Below, piece after piece: positions 58,307 through 64,000 of a stretch of 64,000 nt of DNA; positions within the stretch are counted from its first letter, which is position 1, and the number at the start of each line of letters is the position of its first letter. The stretch is from Antedon mediterranea. Taxonomy: Eukaryota; Animalia; Echinodermata. The position numbers and the translations under genes were made by a program. Where the stretch lies: contig NC_092680.1 of the NCBI RefSeq assembly GCF_964355755.1, positions 5,022,001 through 5,086,000 of the forward strand. Reading direction: 5' to 3'. The notes beneath the pieces are model-generated. The model worked only from the letters and a program-made list of their open reading frames with translations, was not told where the DNA came from and ran no database searches.

Positions 58307-61300
58307 TTATAGTTCACCAGAGTTGGTTTTTGCTTTGGCATCCATGACTGGTTCTGACTCTGGTATTGCGGTTACTGATTTGTGCAGGTACTGTAATGAA
58401 TCTTGCACCTAAAATTAAAAAGGAGAAAAACAATATTAACATCAATTATTTATGAAAATAACATGATCCATACTGTATAGAGTCAATTCTCTCAATACCG
58501 GACACCTTTAGACTGGCCAAATACAGTATGTATGGTTTTCCGGAAAGTCTAGTATTCGGATGGTTTTCCGGAAAGTATAGTATTCGGAATGTGTTTTTAA
58601 TCTAAAAAAAAGTGAATTTGAGACTATTTGGACTTCAAGAAAAGTCTGGTATTGGGAGAGTTTCCGGTTTCCTGAGACTCCGGTATTGGGAGAGTTGACT
58701 GTATAAGATCACACCTAAAAATCCTTTTTTTATACTTCAGTCAAAGACTGTGGTCTCCGAGAGGGCCCAGTTATAATTAGTGGATGTGAGTGAGAGTGGC
58801 TGTGTAAGTACTAACCCCCTACTCGTCTCAAAAGGTGTACTGGGTTCTTAAAGTGCACATGAGCTAGATGTGTACACAGGACCTACGATTTATAGTCCTT
58901 TACCGAGAAGACTCAATCTACCACCAGAACCATAAAACGAGTGAGCCTCGAACCCTTGTCGATGTTATGGATACGTAATTACAGTTCCAATGTCTTAACA
59001 GCTGAGCCACTCACTCGCTCTTAATAATTATATTGACTTTACTGTTTTAGAATGCCTTTCATGACTCTTAGGAAATCCATGTCTATACTGTGGGAAACTA
59101 GAACTACACTTGGGTTGTACACATGAATCATCGTGTATAAGATGCCTCATTAATAGTGAACAGAATTATTTAAAACATTATTAATAGGAAGCAGACCTTG
59201 GCTAATGATTGCAGATGTTCCTCCATTAATAACTGTATTGACTTCACTGTTCTTGAATGCCTCTCATGATTTTTAAGAAATCCATGTCTATAGAAGAATC
59301 CAAATAATGAAACCAAATGATCAATCAATCAGCATTATTGACAAAATAATTTAATATTATATATATATATATATATTTATAAAATTCAATTGCCATAGAC
59401 TTACAAACTCTGGTCATCTATCCCAACATCAAGATTTGTTTGGTCGCATTCTGGACTAAGCCGCCAAACTTTAAAACTAAGTAACAGCGCTGATATGAAC
59501 AGGAAAACAATTCTGTAAGATTTAAACAGTTTATTTTGGATTGTTTTGAACTTATCATCTATTATTCATCACAAATCCATCTATTGTTATCCATCTTAAT
59601 TGTCATAGATTAGAAAAGAACAAATACAAACGAAACCAATATCAAATGAAAAGAGTTACAAATCCAAATGTCAGGTTAACTAAAAAGCGAAATGAATCAC
59701 TGTCAAGTGGCTCACCAAAATGGAAAATTATGTTCTGATTTAAAACCTATTCTGTTAAAATAATTTATTATTTTTTCATAAACTTTTATTTATAATACTT
59801 ACAAGAAGAAAGTGACGACTAAAAATAGCTGTGAGTGAGGTAAATTCCGTATAGAGCTTCCTGTCCTTAGTAACGACTTAAAGACGCTGATTGCACAAAC
59901 CACTAGATTATAAAGAAAACAAATATTGAGCCGGTGGTCTTTGTATGTTTTCAAAGTAAAGTAAAGAAACCGTGTTAATCAGTCTATACAGTTGATCTTC
60001 CATAAATGAGCTTTATTTTTGTTTCTTTTTTGGTTGATTGCATTGTTTTATATTGTACTTTTGATAATGGTTATCATTTTTATATTTAGGTTTGGTTTGT
60101 GCCGCTGTTGCAAAGGCATCAATCCAAAAATAAAGTTATTATTATTATTATTATAACGGGATATAGGTGGGGACAAAGTTTTGCAACATACTAATTGTGG
60201 CAAAGTTAAACTTACTTTCTTTCATTCTTTGACCAAATGAAGATTTTGAGGAGACTTTCGTTGGTGGAGTTCTTTGGCTTTCTGTAGTAACAGGATTGGA
60301 ATTTGGATCTAATGTAAACGACGTCTCCTCTTCCTCCTCCTCAACTTTTAAACATTTGCTGTCAAACTATAAAAAAACAAAAACAACCAATATTAATTCA
60401 AAATTCCTAATATTTTATCATTTATCATGCTAATTATTGCCTCATTTGAATACAACTGTGTAATATGTATATAAGTACTCTAAGTGTTGATTACACTTGA
60501 TGATAAGAATAGTATTCTCAAAACATGTCATGACTCATTAAATGCCTTACGATTTTGATTTTAACTCGAAAGTTTGGTGGTATCATACATGATATATCCT
60601 AATAATTTATTTTAGATGCGCTTTTACAGTTTAATTTGAAAAAGTACTTTAGCTTGTTTAAAAATCATAAGATCTGGGTTCTATTTCCTCAAACCTTAAT
60701 CAATAAACATTTTAAACAATAAATATGAGTAAAAATCATTGTTTTTGCATTTAGAACGGGGATTTTTTACCAAATATCATTTACCAATTATAAAATTTAA
60801 AAGTCTGTTATTATACAAAAATGTAAACAAGTACAACTAAAAATGATAAAACTTTAAAAATATATGTTTACATTTCTCTACAGAACAAATATACATAATA
60901 AAATATAAAGGGGGACATGGACATAACATTATGAAGATGTTACCTCATTACTGCAAATACAGCAATTAGTCTAAGTATATTTTACATAACCTTGGGGATA
61001 TTGTGTAATGTTGCCATGGTAATTCATTGTATTTATAGTGATAAAAAAATAATTGCTTTTTCCTGATTAAGCATTCCATAACAGTGATTATCATCCAATA
61101 ATAGATGCTGTATTCATTGAGTATTAACACCGTTTACAAACAAATTTAATGTGATGTGCCCAAATATGGTAATGAAATGCTTAAATATGTTAGTGATATG
61201 ACATCATCATTTCCATATATGGGCACACCACATTTTTTTTGTCACATAAAGTTAAATAATGGAAACAGAGCTTTAGAATAGCAAACTTCCAAGTGCTCTG

Positions 61301-63975
61301 TTTGGTTTTCTCTTCAATATTTGGTTGTATTTCCACCCTATCCTTTTTAACTCATTAAAAAACTCCATACATTCCCACTATTAAATACACCTTCATTTTT
61401 CGTTCCCAAAAATCTTTCTTCAACAAACCTATTGAGCAAGACTTTTCTCAGGAACACATCGCATCAAACATACTGCCTAACACTCTAGGCTAATTAGCCT
61501 AATTAAATTAACCATTTCCTAGAAACAGCCAGTGGATACAAGTTGCCTTGCCATTTGTTTTTTACAAAATCATTATTGTGTAAGAGCAATCTCTTGATTC
61601 ATGAATAGTTCATGAGGCAAAATACAACCGTGGATTAAGTTCAGATCACTGTGGCTATTTTCAGAATACCTTAAGTCCTGTCTACACTATCAAACTTTAT
61701 GTGATATGCCCATCGTATTTGGGCATATTACTACCCCACTTTTTTTTCACTTTTTTTTGTCAAACTTGTTTAAAAGTGTAGACAGAGTTCTTGTAAAACA
61801 AAGACCATAAATGAATTTGTACAAATAATATAGTTGCTTACATTGTTTACAACATTTTCACTATCTGGTGTATCCAGTTCACTGTCATTTATACTCGATT
61901 CCCTACTTCCTGAAGGAACAGCTTCCTGAAAAAAACAAAAGTTTTACGATATTATTTCTGAATTTGCATTTTCATAATTATGTAAATGCACATGTAAATG
62001 TAATTATAATCATCATCAGTCTTAACGAGAAAATGAGGAAATTATAATAAAATAAAAATATTTGTGCCATTATCAATCAAGGTAAATGGTTATTGCGTAA
62101 AGAGTAGGCACTCTGGCCAATGGCAGCAACAGGAGAGAATCTACTATGATTAATCCAGCAGGAAATGATCCCTCACTTGTTATGAATGTTTATAGATGCA
62201 CATGAATGTTGTGTATTCAGAACCAATTTCCTAACTACCAAAAAGATAATGAAATTATCTTTCTCAAGGATACAACAAATATAATAATGAAGTTATTTCA
62301 AACCGAAAATCTTGTCATAAACTCCCCTATCCTTTTATTTTAATTGGTTTGTCACTTCAAAGTAAATTAAACAAGCTGTGCGAACTAAAAGTGAATATAA
62401 ATATTGTTGCGGTAATGATGATAATGTTGGCAAGGAATTAAATAAATCTGCAACTTACCAAACCTTGTAACTCCCTATATTCCTGAAGTATTCTGGTTAT
62501 TAATTTATATGTTGCAGATCTGGACATTAGGGAACCAAAGACATACTAAAAAAACAAAATTGTTAATATAATATCAAATTAACATATATAATATCCCTAA
62601 AAAAATGTTGAACAGGCCATTTTAATGTCGCATTCAATTCAATTCAACAAACATTTATTTTATCAAATGCCATACAAATAATACAAAGCATTAAAGAGGA
62701 TCAACCTAGAACTAAAACTTGTCTCAGTTGGCTCTTTAGTTATTATTTACTTCAAACATTAAAATAATTATTTAGATGATAAAACCATTATTTAAAGAAA
62801 ATAACTAGAATCCCATTGTATGGACACAACAAGTTTTGGTAAAATTTAACATTTTATCCTGTTATAGTCGAAGCAAAATTATTTTATTTTTTACAAAAGT
62901 GAATAACTGTATTACAATATGGTGTATTCAAAGTTGATTTTATTCATCTTTTTTTTTCAAGTTTTGGGGAACAATTATTTATTTGAAATATGGCGTACCC
63001 AAAAGATAATATGCATCGTGTTGTGGATAAATGGTATACCAGATGAGATCATCTCTGTACCTAGTGTAAAGTCATTCCAAAAAAATATGAGGACCCTCCC
63101 TTAACACAACTATCAAGTATTAGACCAATAAAGTATAAAAGAAGAAATTATTTAATTTTTATTATATAAACACATCAGGCACAGAACATGAATTCAAAAC
63201 CGCCCGGTGATATACTGAAATTTAATTAATAATTTGAAACAATAAAGATGTTTGTTTATATATCTATTTCTATTTACATCAAAACGTAGATTGTGGTGGT
63301 GGATTGAGTACAGAAAAAAACTGTAATAACTATACAACAACAATGCTTTGAATGAATCAGAATTTCATTTAATATACCTTTTCATTTTCTGTGTGAATTC
63401 CAATTGCATTTGGCACAATCAAAGCCGTCCGCTCACGTGTCACGTCTTTCACTTCTCCAATAGCAACAGTAACCTAGTAATGAAACATTGAAAAGGTAAT
63501 TCAACTAAAAAGCTATATGATGATTGAAATTCTTCTTCAAATTTACAAGATGTAAATGTCACCTACGTGACACCCACCAGTTAATCAATATAACTCTTGT
63601 GGATGTATTCAAGTGTACTGCTTGAAAGGTAGCATATTTCATATCTATTGGCTATCATTGCGATTCTGATATATGAAACTTGTAGTGCAGCTGATAGTTG
63701 ATGGTTAACATGCTTGCCTTTTAACACCCAGGTCTAGGGCTCAATCCTGACCTGTGCCACTCCACTCTCTAAGCCTCAAATAAGTCTTTAGTTTATAAGT
63801 TATTATATAAATTGGTTTTAATTCTTAACACTGAAAAATAAAACAAATTTCAATATATTTTGTTGACTTACGCGTGTTTCAAACCCAAAAATATTTGAAT
63901 GAAAGCACAACCAATTCTTTGAGACGTATAATCGACCTTGAAGCAAGATATCTTTAACATACGCACATGAGTAAG
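58307..63975 (-). CDS. GRAMD2: GRAM domain-containing protein 2-like (GRAM + C-terminal TM + coiled coil); 5' part lies beyond the window
   Basis: Exons 63872-63975, 63378-63473, 62459-62545, 61842-61925, 60216-60366, 59803-59902, 59405-59512, 59197-59287, 58307-58408 (TAA). GRAM peptides YSCAYVKDILLQGRLYVSKNWLCFHSNIFG, RERTALIVPNAIGIHTENEKYVFGSLMSRSATYKL; hydrophobic LFLVVTFFLIVFLFISALLLSF. The short GRAM-to-TM linker leaves no room for a VASt/StART-like domain, so GRAMD2 rather than GRAMD1/Aster type. Confidence 0.88.
58480..58701. mobile_element. Tc1/mariner-like MITE (second copy ~50322-50472)
   Basis: TIR (c/g)agtcaa(c/t)tctc(c/t)caataccgga ... tccggtattgggagagttgactg followed by TA; internal repeats ttttccggaaagt..agtattcgga. 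Confidence 0.75.
59021..59087 (-). pseudogene. Partial duplicate of GRAMD2-like exon 59197-59287 (pseudo-exon)
   Basis: tatag|A CAT GGA TTT CCT AAG AGT CAT GAA AGG CAT TCT AAA ACA GTA AAG TCA ATA TAA (HGFPKSHERHSKTVKSI*) versus HGFLKNHERHSRTVKSIQ. Confidence 0.8.
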
Positions 63976-64000
63976 CTGAAAATAAACATAAAATATAGTT

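Overview
AT-rich, intron-rich animal genomic DNA, probably a marine invertebrate deuterostome such as an echinoderm (inference from gene structure and SINE types). Four genes were assembled by hand from GT-AG junctions: (1) the 3' part of an MTMR10/11/12-type myotubularin pseudophosphatase (+, 211-8229); (2) an apparently complete ATR kinase gene (-, 59 coding exons, 52538 to 18451); (3) a TRIM RING/B-box/coiled-coil/NHL gene with an intronless CDS, nested antisense in an ATR intron (+, 37371-39224); (4) the 3' part of a GRAMD2-like GRAM-TM-coiled-coil gene (-, 63975 to 58307). Between the convergent MTMR and ATR 3' ends lies a ~7.6 kb tandem array built from two different palindromic modules (89 bp A, ~106 bp B) in irregular AB/AAB order. 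Introns hold many MITEs, tRNA-derived SINEs and other transposon relics. The main oddities are the all-hairpin array, a SINE that appears to have rebuilt an ATR splice acceptor, and three separate tandem duplications spanning splice junctions. No prokaryote-type system such as CRISPR is supported. Coordinates were counted by eye and may be off by a few bases; family assignments rest on recalled motifs, not database searches.
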